45,664 nt of DNA, taken from positions 1 to 45,664 of the forward strand of contig LLZO01000003.1 of NCBI GenBank assembly GCA_001567545.1, written 5' to 3'. The notes beneath the pieces are model-generated. The model saw only the letters and a list, made by a program, of their open reading frames with translations. It searched no databases and was not told where the DNA came from. The position numbers and the translations under genes were made by a program. Of this stretch, positions 31,841 to 43,082 are shown piece after piece. This DNA comes from Candidatus Tepidiaquacellales bacterium OLB5 (GTDB lineage: Bacteria; Bacteroidota; Ignavibacteria; Tepidaquicellales; OLB5). The stretch's first letter is position 1. Each line of letters starts with the position of its first letter.

Positions 31841-33718
31841 TTATTTCACCAATATCATTTTTTTGGTATCGGTAAACTCTGAAGTAATTATTTTATAAAA
31901 ATAAATTCCGCTGGAATATTTAACAGCATTCCAGTCCAGCTTATACGAGCCGGCATTAAGCTGGCTGTTTACCAGCACTTCTACTTCCCTGCCTAACATA
32001 TCATAAACAGCAACTTTTACCATCGTATTTTTCGGCAGATCCAAATCTATCTTTGTCGCAGGATTGAATGGATTCGGATAATTCTGGCTGATTGAATAAG
32101 TTTTGGGAATTAAACCGGAAATTGGTTCAATACCGATAACATTGATGCCTGTCATATAAAAATTGATTGTGTCCGGGCTGACACTACCTACAACAACGTT
32201 CTTTTCTGCCTGCCAGTAACCAAACCTGTCACAAATAACCCTGTATGTACCCTGAGATAAATTATTTATATCATACGGGCCGCCGCTTCTGGATATACTG
32301 AATCCCTTGAATTCGTTCCCGTTCATAGCATATACAATTGCGTTCTGCAGCCCGCCTGTTTGAGGAGGAGCCACATAAACACCACCGCTGATAAATGAAT
32401 TACCGCCGGAACCGGTTATAGGATATACATTGAAATTAATATTAAAGATATTATTGTTTGTGTATAAAGTTCTTGATAATACCCAGCTTATTGTACTTGT
32501 TGAAGTTCCTCCATAATAAGTTGGTACAAATGCCGGAGGCATTGCATTTTCATCTTCATCATCCGGATATGCCATAATATCCACACTATCAATGTGCAGA
32601 TTCCTTAGTATATAATCACCGTTAGGCTGGATTGAAGCAGTATCCAGAACAATCACAGCATTTTGCTGCGGGTCATACTTTAATGCCTTTACCATACCGC
32701 TGCTTACAGGAGAACCGCCCGGATATGTAACTTTGCCTGATACAGCAAAAGGAGGACCAAATACACCTCCATTAAGTGTTTTCTGTACTGAACCTGCTGA
32801 ACCGACTGTATACCCCAGGTTGTTTCCAAGAAAGAAAACTGAATTCAGATCTTTTTCTGTACTAGATACCTGTGAATTCCAGATTGATCCGCCGTTTGTG
32901 GTTTTAAGGATGATCCCGTCTTCACCAACTGTATACCCGGTATATGAATCATGAAAATGTACTGAATTCAAATCCTTATTCACAATTCCCTGCTGAACCC
33001 AGGTTTCACCGCCATTGGTCGATTTATATATCACCCCTGAAGAGCCGTATTCATAACCGCCAACTGCATAACCTACAGCATCATTCGGGAAATGTATGCT
33101 TCTGAAATCAATATCAGCTGATTGAGGTGATACTTCGTACCATGAATTACCGCCGTTAATGGTCTTGTAAATTACACCGCTGTATGGCTCAGTCATTTTT
33201 CCGCCTGCAATAAAACCGGTTATGGGATTTCGGAAGTTAACAGAATTGAACTTATTCCCATACATGCTTACAAACTGAAGCTCCCAGTTGCTTCCGGCAT
33301 TAGTAGTTTTAACAATTTTGCTGTTATAACCAACTGCAAACCCGGTGTTAAGGTCTGCAAAATTAACAGCAAGCAAAGCGGATTGATTCAAATCCAACCA
33401 GCTTATTCCGCCATCTGTTGTTTTAAAAACCGTACCTTCACAAATATAACCGGTAGTAATTGTTGAAAAGTGTATTGATGAGCCGCTGAATGCATTGGAA
33501 ATTACAAGCCAGTTTGTACCGCCATTCATTGTTTTAAGGATAATTCCATTGCCTGACATAAAGCCGGTATTGACGTTAACAAAGAATACGGACTTCAATA
33601 CGTTTTCTGTGCCTGATTGTAAAGGATACCAGCCATTTTGAGAAATGAGGCGGCCGGGCATAACAAACAAAACACATATAATCCAAATGAATATAATATG
33701 TATGTTTTTATTTTTCAT
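31841..33718 (-). CDS. YCF48/BNR beta-propeller protein with carboxypeptidase-regulatory-like domains and T9SS CTD
   Basis: Repeated KTTNGGxxW motifs and a QNYPNPFNP...KKMILVK tail. Confidence 0.88.
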   Translation of the reverse strand: MKNKNIHIIFIWIICVLFVMPGRLISQNGWYPLQSGTENVLKSVFFVNVNTGFMSGNGIILKTMNGGTNWLVISNAFSGSSIHFSTITTGYICEGTVFKTTDGGISWLDLNQSALLAVNFADLNTGFAVGYNSKIVKTTNAGSNWELQFVSMYGNKFNSVNFRNPITGFIAGGKMTEPYSGVIYKTINGGNSWYEVSPQSADIDFRSIHFPNDAVGYAVGGYEYGSSGVIYKSTNGGETWVQQGIVNKDLNSVHFHDSYTGYTVGEDGIILKTTNGGSIWNSQVSSTEKDLNSVFFLGNNLGYTVGSAGSVQKTLNGGVFGPPFAVSGKVTYPGGSPVSSGMVKALKYDPQQNAVIVLDTASIQPNGDYILRNLHIDSVDIMAYPDDEDENAMPPAFVPTYYGGTSTSTISWVLSRTLYTNNNIFNINFNVYPITGSGGNSFISGGVYVAPPQTGGLQNAIVYAMNGNEFKGFSISRSGGPYDINNLSQGTYRVICDRFGYWQAEKNVVVGSVSPDTINFYMTGINVIGIEPISGLIPKTYSISQNYPNPFNPATKIDLDLPKNTMVKVAVYDMLGREVEVLVNSQLNAGSYKLDWNAVKYSSGIYFYKIITSEFTDTKKMILVK

Positions 33719-34012
33719 TTTTTCCTCAATTATAAAATTCTGGTAAAAACTGGTAGTATGGATTTAATATCTATAACTACCCATTCATACGTAATTTAAC
33801 AGTAATTTACAAAAATAAAAGCACAAAAATAAATATCACCGGTTAAACTAACTGCAAACCACTTAAACTGATAAAAAGCATTAAAATACTCTAAAATTCA
33901 AAGTTTTTCAAAGATTTTCTGATTTCAAATAATCAACAATAATAAAATGAATATAAAAAACAGGCTGATTATCCCGCTCAATGAAAATTTAATTTTAAAT
34001 TCCATGGCTGTA

Positions 34013-34841
34013 TTATTTAATTTTAATAAATTCTTCCAAAGTTGATGCTTTCTCCCAGTATGTATTGAACAAGTCTTTCATATGCCCTGCATAATCTGAA
34101 TTTTTTATGATAAGATCTGCCTGTTTATGTTTCGGAACGTTTTTTATCTGCCGATAGATTTATAAAAACATTTTCTGTATCAAAAATTGAAACATTTGGT
34201 ATTTTAAAATCAGCAAGTTTTACTTTTTCACCGCCTTTTTGAAATAATTCACATGCTGCTATCAATTCATCGTTCAGATCTTTATCTCCGTTGACCTGGT
34301 AAATGGATCTTATTATACCGCCTTTTTTAATGAAGTTCTGCGCATCCCGGCTAAGTTCTTCAACTACAACCCTTCTTGGGCTGTACATACCCAGTATCTC
34401 TGACTTTGAAGCCAATACAAGCTCCATATACCTGGCTACGCGGTGTTTGTTGAAGCCCCGGATAAGCTGTATGTTTTTATCCGGTGTATCTGTTTTTGCA
34501 GATTCACTTTTATAGATCTGCTGAAGCTCTCCGAATGTTTCATTCAAGCTGGAAAGCTTGCTGTTAAAACTTTTTTTATAATCGCTGATAATTTTATCAA
34601 GAATTATCGCAGGGTCTATTATCTGGTAGTTAAGAATTGTATTGGTCTCAATTTCGTTGCAATATCCTTTATCAACAAATGATTTCAGAATATCATATAT
34701 CGAGTTCCTTATGATCTTCGCATCTTTGGCAATTTCTGATGCACTCATAGGGTTACCGCTTAGCAGTACTAAAAGTACTTTGGATTCATATTCCTTGAAC
34801 CCGAGCGACTTAAGTTTTTCTATTAAAAATTCCTTATTCAA
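34013..34841 (-). CDS. TrmB family transcriptional regulator (apparent +1 in T6 at 34140-34145)
   Basis: LKSLGFKEYESKV, ASEIAK..I.RNSIYDILKS wHTH. Corrected tail is ...MKDLFNTYWEKAS..IK*. Confidence 0.87.
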
Positions 34842-34895
34842 TATTGCTGTAGTTTAAAGCTACTGCAATATAAAATATATTTAAACTATTGTCAA
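34842..34895 (-). promoter_or_regulatory. Sigma70 promoter of the TrmB gene with an overlapping palindromic operator
   Basis: TTGACA (34895-34890), 17 nt, TATATT (34872-34867). A 29-bp imperfect palindrome tattgctgtagtttaaagctactgcaata spans 34842-34870. Confidence 0.7.
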
Positions 34896-34923
34896 GTCCT
34901 ATAATTAACTGGTTCGGTTAATT

Positions 34924-34953
34924 AAAAAAGCAGCCATAAGTTGGCTGCTTTTT
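34924..34953. terminator. Intrinsic terminator (usable in both directions)
   Basis: aaaaagcagcca-taagt-tggctgcttttt. Confidence 0.85.
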
Positions 34954-35254
34954 ATAAATAGCTAGGTCTAACAGAGGGCGATAAATACTTAGCGCAGCTT
35001 CCCTAACTGCAGTGATCACAATTGTTTCTCCCGCCCTTCAGAAGAGATCAATGAATCAAGACAGAGGCTGCTGCGCTTTATAATCTAAACAAAATTCAGA
35101 TGCTAATAAGTTCAAACCGGGGTTAATGCAGATCCATTATATTACCTCCGTTGACGCCTTTGGAACTTGACGTTAACCCCGGCAACAACACCAGCAAGAG
35201 CTTTTAAAGTACCTTTTATATATGCTTAAACACTTAAAGAACAATTTAAATTTC
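34924..35254 (-). ncRNA. Candidate structured non-coding RNA of unknown family
   Basis: GC-rich patch in an AT-rich spacer, two long hairpins with G-U pairs favouring the minus strand, an upstream promoter-like site and a downstream terminator; no long ORF. Confidence 0.6.
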
Positions 35255-35593
35255 TCAGGTAAAAATAGTTTATAATTCAATAAATGCCAAAGATTTTTTA
35301 AATTGTTTGTTAAAAGCTGTTTTTTATTATTTTTTGGTAATTATGATTAATAAATGCTGAATTTTAAATTTTTTTAATAATATTATATGACAATAATCCT
35401 GTTTTGTTAAACAGATAAAATTTAAATTTATGTAAAATACTGTTTAGGCATAGATTTTTAAATGGTTTTGTTGAAACAAATTTTCAATATTATGAAGTTA
35501 TTTAATTAAATTTTTGTCTATTTATTAAAACCAAGGCTTTAAAAGTTATAATCAAACATTTAAAAAATTAAATTTTAAATTAACCATTAAAAA

Positions 35594-37027
35594 ATGCGGG
35601 AATCAAAGCTAACAGAAATGGTAAAAGGCATAAGCCCGGCTGAATTCAGAAAATTCGGTGAATTCCTGAACTCCCCCTACCATAATAAAAGCAGAAAAAT
35701 AATCCAGCTGTATGAATTGATCAACTTTAATTATGATGAGTTTGATGCCAATGTAATTACAAACGAAAAAATCGCCAAAGCTATTTTCAGCGGTGAAGGT
35801 GATAAAGATCAGAATGTAAGAACACTTATCAGCAGCTTTACAGCGCTGCTTGAGGAATTCCTTATTATCGAAGAGCTGAATCAGAATCCGCTGCACGGCA
35901 AAACTTTCCTGCTGAAATCCCTGAGGGACAGGAACATTCTTAAAACCTTCGACATGGTTTCAAAAGAAATAACTGATATACAAAAAAAAGATTTCAACAG
36001 GAACACTGATTATTATTACAACGAGTTTTCCTTTAAAGAAACATGGCTTAATTACCACGGCGAAGATCTTGACATGGACCTTGATAAAAGCTACCAGGAA
36101 ATGAGCAATAACGCTGATTATCTTTTTATTGTCACTAAGCTTAAAATTCTTAATACTGTTATAAGCAGGAAAATACTTTCCGGCATTACGGTTTACAAAC
36201 AATACTGGGCAGTTGAAAATATACTGAAATATATCGAAAAGAATATTGATGACATCGAGACAAATCACCCGATAATTTATTCAGAATACAAAATACTTAT
36301 GATGGTGCTTGAACCCGACAGGGTTAAACATTTCCACGATCTTGAAAAACATGTATTCAACAACATATCTAAATATAACGAAGAAGAGCTTGAACAGGTT
36401 TATTATTCATTAAGCAATTTCTGCGTGAATAAAATTGCGCTGGGAGAAGATAAATTCATACACGAACTTTACAAGATACATTCCAATTTCGAAAAAACCG
36501 GCTTTTACTCTAAGAATAAGAACCTGCAGTATACTGATTTTATCGGGGTAATTATCTGCGGATTAAACATAAAGAATATTTCATGGGTTAAACATTTCTT
36601 TGAAACATACAAAGGCAATATTGCAAACGAAGTAAAACGCGATACCATAAATTTATCATCTGCCCTAATTGCGTTCCATGAAAAGAAATATAAGGATTGT
36701 ATCGGATATTTAAGCAAAGTAGGTTATAAATTCACTTATTTTTACCTCAAGTCAAAAGAAACACTTATTAAATCATATTATGAGCTTGATGAAATAGAAT
36801 CACTTGAATCTGTTATTGATGCAACCAAACATTATCTCAAAAGGCATAAAGAGCTGCTGTCAATCCATTATGACAGGTACATACTTTTCCTTAATTATGT
36901 AACCAATCTCACAAAACTTGATAAAAAACAAAAAGCGGAGCTTAAGATACTGATGAAGAAGCTGGATGAGAACAGGACCACCATTGCAAGGGAGTGGCTG
37001 ATCGAAAAAATCATTGAAATGAAATAA
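35594..37027 (+). CDS. Uncharacterised all-helical 477-aa protein, possible wHTH plus TPR-like regulator
   Basis: Long clean ORF; N-terminal SKL..ISPAEFRKFGEFLNSPYHN motif; helical-repeat-like C-terminal region. Function is inferred only. Confidence 0.7.
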   Translation: MRESKLTEMVKGISPAEFRKFGEFLNSPYHNKSRKIIQLYELINFNYDEFDANVITNEKIAKAIFSGEGDKDQNVRTLISSFTALLEEFLIIEELNQNPLHGKTFLLKSLRDRNILKTFDMVSKEITDIQKKDFNRNTDYYYNEFSFKETWLNYHGEDLDMDLDKSYQEMSNNADYLFIVTKLKILNTVISRKILSGITVYKQYWAVENILKYIEKNIDDIETNHPIIYSEYKILMMVLEPDRVKHFHDLEKHVFNNISKYNEEELEQVYYSLSNFCVNKIALGEDKFIHELYKIHSNFEKTGFYSKNKNLQYTDFIGVIICGLNIKNISWVKHFFETYKGNIANEVKRDTINLSSALIAFHEKKYKDCIGYLSKVGYKFTYFYLKSKETLIKSYYELDEIESLESVIDATKHYLKRHKELLSIHYDRYILFLNYVTNLTKLDKKQKAELKILMKKLDENRTTIAREWLIEKIIEMK

Positions 37028-37037
37028 TCAGGTTTTT

Positions 37038-37967
37038 TTATCCCCTGAACTTTTTGAACATATCACTGTGGCCGTTCAGGAATTCATGAGCCTGCATTTT
37101 CTTTTTTCCTTCAAGCTGAAGCTCGGTTATTTCAAGGAATTCATTGAGCGTGGACACATAAAGTTTTCCATCTTTTATAAAAAACCTGCCCGGACCTTTA
37201 AGGCTATCCCACCTTGATTTAACCGTCTTAAGGATCTTTAAATTTTTACCTTTATAAACAGTAAAAGCTCCGGGATAAGGCGAAAGTCCCCTTATAAAAT
37301 CATATACTTCATCAACAGAACTTTCAAAATTAATTTCGCAATCCTTCCTGAAGATCTTTGGCGCCAAAGAAGCCTCGCTGTTTTTTTGTTTTATTTCGGG
37401 AGTATCTTTACCGTATTGTTCGATCAGAGAAACTGTTTCCATTACAGCCTGCGCTCCAAGAATTTTTAATTTATCATGAAGCGTACCCGCTGTATCATCT
37501 GATGAAATATCTATTGCTTTTTGCAGGATTATATTTCCCGTATCAACTTTTTCCTGCAGGAAAAATGTAGTAACCCCTGTTTCCCGTTCACCATTCATAA
37601 TAGCGTGGTTTATAGGGGCAGCGCCCCTGTATTTAGGGAGAAGCGATGCATGTAGGTTTATGGAACCGAATTCCGGGATTTTAAATATATTTTTTGGCAG
37701 AATTCTGAAAGCAACTACTACAATAAGCTCGGGTGAAAGCTCCTTTAATTCATTTACAAATTCAGGGTCTTTAAGGCTTACAGGCTGCAGAATATTCAGT
37801 GAATGCCCTGCTGCAAATTTTTTAACGTCGCTTTGGCTTAACACCTGTCCCCTGCCTTTAGGCTTATCCGGAACAGTTACAACTGCTGAAAAATTGTGAT
37901 GCGAATTCAGAAGGATCTCAAGTGAAGGCACGGCAAATTCAGGTGTGCCCATAAAAATGATGTTCAT
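37038..37967 (-). CDS. fmt: Methionyl-tRNA formyltransferase
   Basis: IIFMGTPEFA, VTVPDKPKGRG, NLHASLLPKYRGAAPI, RGLSPYPGA. Confidence 0.97.
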   Translation of the reverse strand: MNIIFMGTPEFAVPSLEILLNSHHNFSAVVTVPDKPKGRGQVLSQSDVKKFAAGHSLNILQPVSLKDPEFVNELKELSPELIVVVAFRILPKNIFKIPEFGSINLHASLLPKYRGAAPINHAIMNGERETGVTTFFLQEKVDTGNIILQKAIDISSDDTAGTLHDKLKILGAQAVMETVSLIEQYGKDTPEIKQKNSEASLAPKIFRKDCEINFESSVDEVYDFIRGLSPYPGAFTVYKGKNLKILKTVKSRWDSLKGPGRFFIKDGKLYVSTLNEFLEITELQLEGKKKMQAHEFLNGHSDMFKKFRG

Positions 37968-38549
37968 CGTTTTTTCCTGGTATGTATGCTGCTTTTAACC
38001 GGTATTTCTGCTAGCAGGTAATCTGCCTCAATCTCTCCTTTTTTTATCAGGTCAAGCTCGGGCTTTAATATTTTCTTTTCTTCTTTATTCATATGATCAA
38101 TAAATAAAATACCGTTCAGATGGTCAATTTCGTGCTGTGCTACGCGGGCAATAAATCCTTTCAGCTCAACGTAATGTTTGTTCAGGTCAAGGTCCTGGTA
38201 CTCCACATATACTGTCTCAGGTCTTGTTACTTCTCCTCTTACGTACGGAATACTTAAACAGCCTTCTTCCATAGTAATTTCACCGTGAAAATCTTTGATA
38301 ACCGGGTTAATAAGTGTAATTGGTTCGGTTTTTATCTTTTTTTTCTCTTCAGTTCTGGAAATATCAATAACAGTTACAGCCTGTTCAATGCCTATTTGCG
38401 GAGCAGCAAGCCCGATTCCGGATGCTTTATGCATGGTGTTGAACATACTGCCAACCAGCTCGATGAATTTATCATCGATTTTTGTTACTTTTTTAGTCTT
38501 TTTTGCGTAAGACATCAAAGCCGTATGTGTATATTGGTAATGTTTTCAA
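37964..38549 (-). CDS. def: Peptide deformylase (apparent +1 in T6 at 38499-38504)
   Basis: GIGLAAPQIG, EGCLSIP and QHEIDHLNG. Corrected N-terminus is (TTG)KTLPIYTYGFDVLRKKTK. Confidence 0.95.
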
Positions 38550-38621
38550 TCAGCAAAAATATCCGTAATTGTTTGAAAAATCAATTAACTAATAGTTACC
38601 AAAAACGTAAATGATATAAAT

Positions 38622-38652
38622 AAAAAAAGGAACGATGTTTAATCGTTCCTTT
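38622..38652 (-). terminator. Intrinsic terminator
   Basis: aaaggaacgat / atcgttccttt stem with a U run on the minus strand. Confidence 0.75.
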
Positions 38653-38673
38653 AAAAACTAACTGATGTGAAAA

Positions 38674-41600
38674 TTACTTCACCAACACCATCTTTTTACT
38701 GTCAGTAAAGTCGCCTGCTTCTATTCTGTAGAAGTAAACACCGGAAGCCAGACCTGTACCATCAAACTGGACTTCATAATTACCCGCATCTTTGTTCTCA
38801 TTTACAAGAGTTTTAACAAGTCTGCCCAGTATATCATAAACCTGAATGTTCACTTTTACTGCTCTTGGCAAAGAATAGTTTATTTTAGTTATAGGATTAA
38901 ACGGATTCGGGTAATTTTGTGAAAGTTTGAATACCTTAGGGATAGTATTGTTTGCATTATTTTTTTTGTTTTTATGAAGCCTGTCCATGATCTTTTTATA
39001 TGCATCTTCTTTAGTAGCTGGTTTTAAATATCCCAATTGCCCGGTGTAATTCGGCGAATCTCCACTGTTTTGAATTATTAAATAAGTTTCAATAATATTC
39101 AGTTCTGCACAAAGTATTTTGGATGAATCATTAGTATTTGAGATAATTATTTCATATTCATCTATTGCATTTGTTGGTTTACCCATACGTACCAGACATT
39201 TTGCAGCAAGTTCTTCTGCAACATTTACAAATGCTGTATCCGTTAAGTTTGACTGTATTTTACCCTGAAAATATGACCTGAGCTGCGAATAGGCAGTTGT
39301 GTCTAAATTCATTTTATCCCTGCAGTGCAATAATTTACGAAGTGAATTTACAGCTGTTAAGCTATCCTGGTAATCCTGAATAACCTGCTCATATTTTGTA
39401 ACTGCTGAAAGATAATTACCGGTTATCTCATCATTATTTGCAGAAAGATATAAAGCCTGATCTGTATTAACCTGAACATTTCTAGTAGTTACCTGTATTG
39501 TATCATAGATTCCATTGCCATAATATATCACAATTGGCTGAGGCGGTGGATCATTTTCTTTTTCAGAACCGCCGCTCCCTTCATAACACCCTGGTGGAAA
39601 AGCCTCCCAATCTGCATCACATATGTTTTCAGAATAATTGTTCCAGGTATTATGCCTTGCAAACAAATAATGGTAAGCTCCTATACAATAGGCAATATGT
39701 CCGCTGAAGCTGTAAGATGAAGTATTTATAGTATTGCAACCAAAATCCAGGTCCGGAATGCTATAATTAGCTATATTCAAGCCAACACCATAATTTACAT
39801 TTTGATCAGTAAATAAAGCTTCAAAATTATTTTTCCCGGCGTCCCAGATAGTCTGACCGCCTGATTCCTGTGGTCTTAAACGGGGTGATGAATTAGTTTC
39901 GCAAACAAGCGCAGTTGCTTCTTCCAGGTTGTTAATAAAATCATTTTCAAACAGCAGCGGTGAACTGTTCTGAAGCTTAATGCCGGTTTGATAATTTATT
40001 ATATTGTTTTGTTTTAAATTAGCGGAATAGGAATTTGAAAGTGTAATAGCACCTGTAACATTATTAACCGGGTCCACTGTATATTCAATATTATTCCTGT
40101 AGATGAACGGGCTGGAATTTGAAACCGTAATACCTTTTGCCAGATTTTTAATATTATTGTTTGAAATTACAATATCATTTCCGTAATCTATAAAAAATTG
40201 CTGATATATCAGCGTTTGTTTCAGTAATTATATTAAAATCATTATCATCTATCAGAATATCATTTGAATTATAACAGTCTATAGCTTTATTAAAAACGGA
40301 TAAACTGCCCGGGTATGACCATTTACATGAGTTTATCGTCACATTATCTCTGTTATTTATAGTAATGGTACCTATTGCAGTATTATTCAGAAAATTACAA
40401 TTGGTTACAGATATTGATGGAGACGGAATAAATGCATCTCCTCCAATTGTAATTGGTATGCTTGTTTGATCAAAATAACAACCATTTAATATTAACTCTC
40501 CGCCCGGTTCAACAACTATTCCATTCCATGAATTTGAACTGTAAAATGCTGCATCAGTTCCACCGACTAATTTACCGCCGTTTTTAATAATTATCTGTTT
40601 ATTGTCATTTATAGTTAAAAGCGCATTATTAATATTTAATTCACCGCCATTACAAATAACTATATTTTTTGAAATTGTAGTATTAGTTGGAATAGACGTT
40701 ATTTCTTTAATATAAATATCTCCTTCTAGCTCAACTTGCCATACACCTCTACCAAATGTTGATGCTAATAATGAATTATTATAACGAACATATTCTAAAT
40801 CTAAAACAGGTGCCATTGGTAGATTTTGAGCGAGTAATTGCCAGCTTAATCCATCATTTGTTGAACTGAAGACACCAACGTCAGTAGCTGCCGCTAATGT
40901 TTTTTGACCAGTACCGCATTCAGCATTCCACCAGACTAAATCATTAACAGGAGAATTTGGTAAATTACCGTTAATATTTATCCAGTTATTTCCTTCGTTA
41001 GTTGATTTTAAAATATGACCTAAATTTGTACCTGTATAAAAACCTGAAAATGTTAAATAAACTTCATCTGGGTAATTTGAATTTGAAGATGGTATTGTTA
41101 CAACTCGTGTAATATATAAATTTGGAATCGTTTCAGTATCATCTTCTGATACTAATGGAGTAAGTAACCAACTTGCACCACCATTAGTTGATTTATATAA
41201 AGCTCTTTTAAAATATTGTGTGTACCAATTTGGTCCGTCATATCCGCTCGTTGATAAATAAACTATGTCAGGATTTTTTGAACTGAATGTAAAATTTTGC
41301 GGTGAACGTGTACCGGAAACACTACCAAATACAGGATTAGTTATCCAGCTGGCACCGTAATCTGTAGATCTGTATATATCGATCTCAGTTCTGCCTGTGT
41401 TTCTCCTAGCAGTATAAATATAACCCGGACTTGTAGGATGTTCCGTTAAAACTCCTATCCAGTCATTGCCCCCATCCCAAACACCGGGAAGTAAAACAAC
41501 ATTATCAAGACTATTGCCATTATTGGTACTTCGGCGTATTCTACCATCATCGGCCCCGCAATTACCAATAACAATATTAGGATTAAATTTTAATGACAAA

Positions 41601-42991
41601 ATTGAAGTTCCATCATGAGTACCCCAAAATGAGTCAGCGAAACCCGAAATAGCAGTTCTTGCAGCAAAACCTCTATCAGTTACACCGGCAAATAATTTTA
41701 AACCATTACTAATTCTGTATGCGTTCATAAACGGTATTTGATCAGTATTGTTAAAATAAACCCAATTATTACCATTATTTGTACTTTTAAAGATACCGCC
41801 ATCATTTACTACAACAACTTCATCGCTGTTATTAGGATTAAAATCCATATCATGAAAATCGTAATAAATGGGTTCCGTACCTGTACCCGAAAAAAAAGTG
41901 CGTCCATAATTTGTTGTTTTTCTCAATGCAACGCCTCCAATAAAAGCAACATTTGGTTCATTAAGCGCAACTTTTATAAACATATTATGTCCGCCTTGTG
42001 CATTTGTTTCAGTATTTACATGACTGTAATAAAACGATGAACCGCCATCAGTTGAAGTATAGGAGTAAATATTTCCGTAATCGGATATTGCGTATATGTA
42101 ATTATCGTTGCTTTCACATACAGCTAATTGAGTTCTGCCATATGGCAAAAAGTCACCTCCCGCATAAATTGTAAAAGTTTCTCCTCCATCAGTAGAAATT
42201 CTGAAACCTACTCCCTTTAATGTTTGATGTGATGGACTTGGCCCGGTTAAATAAGCCTTAGTGTTAGTTTGTTGTGAAAACTGTATATCATTACAATTTA
42301 ACCCGGAAGTTCCCGCTACAACATTCCAGTTATCACCTGAATTAGTACTTCTGTATAATCCTTTATTAGTAGCTGCAAAAATCTGTTCATTATTTTCTTC
42401 TCCCGGTCTTATAGTAATCCTGAATATTTTCAGATCGCTTTCCAGGCCATTACTGATATTTGTCCAGTTATTCCCCCAATTTGTAGTTTTAAATATACCG
42501 TTACCAAGATAAGAATAAGTATAACCATATCTCCCTTCCCCGGTGCCGTAATAAATAGTCGGCGGATTTGTAAAATTATCAATAGCAATTGCACCGGATA
42601 CATTTGATGTAAGCTTGTTATTCGGGTCTAATGATTGCCATCCTGTACTATTATCGTAAATCCATGGTCCGGCATTTGGCCCGCCGATAATCACTCTGTT
42701 ATCATTTGTAAATTTCACAAAATTAATCCTACCAATAATTCCGCCTAAACTTATCCATGAATTTGATAATGGATTTAACATATAACCTGACGATTCAATA
42801 AATAATCTTTCAGAAACAGCATTCTGCATAAACGCTTCAGAAATCGTATCATCCGGTGCATATCGTTGACTATAGAACCAAAGATTTCTTTTAAAGCTGG
42901 AACTGTCATCAGATCCCGAAACTAAAAATGTTGAATTAATAAATAAAAGTGTAAAAAGAAGCAGCTTAATCAGTGAACTAAGATTTTTCAT
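38674..42991 (-). CDS. Large (~1440 aa) T9SS-secreted protein: BNR/VPS10-like propellers, beta-helix, TPR-like helices and CTD (apparent +1 in A6 at 40192-40197)
   Basis: Many S/T-x-D/N-x-G-x-x-W Asp-box repeats, Asn-rich beta-helix repeats and QNYPNPFNP. Removing one base fuses the 962-aa and 467-aa ORFs. Signal peptide starts at ATG 42991. Confidence 0.83.
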
Positions 42992-43082
42992 TCTGGTATT
43001 CCCCTTTTCTCTGCTATTTACGCAGTGGTTATTTTGATTTATTTGTTCAACCTCAAAAAACAAGGTTACAAAAATATTTACA

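Noticed and set aside
35020-35182. c-di-AMP (GGGGUUAA, ACGGAGG, UAACCCCG) or FMN (AGGGCGGG..GAAA) riboswitch
   Set aside because: The motifs are in the wrong order or the remaining consensus is missing.
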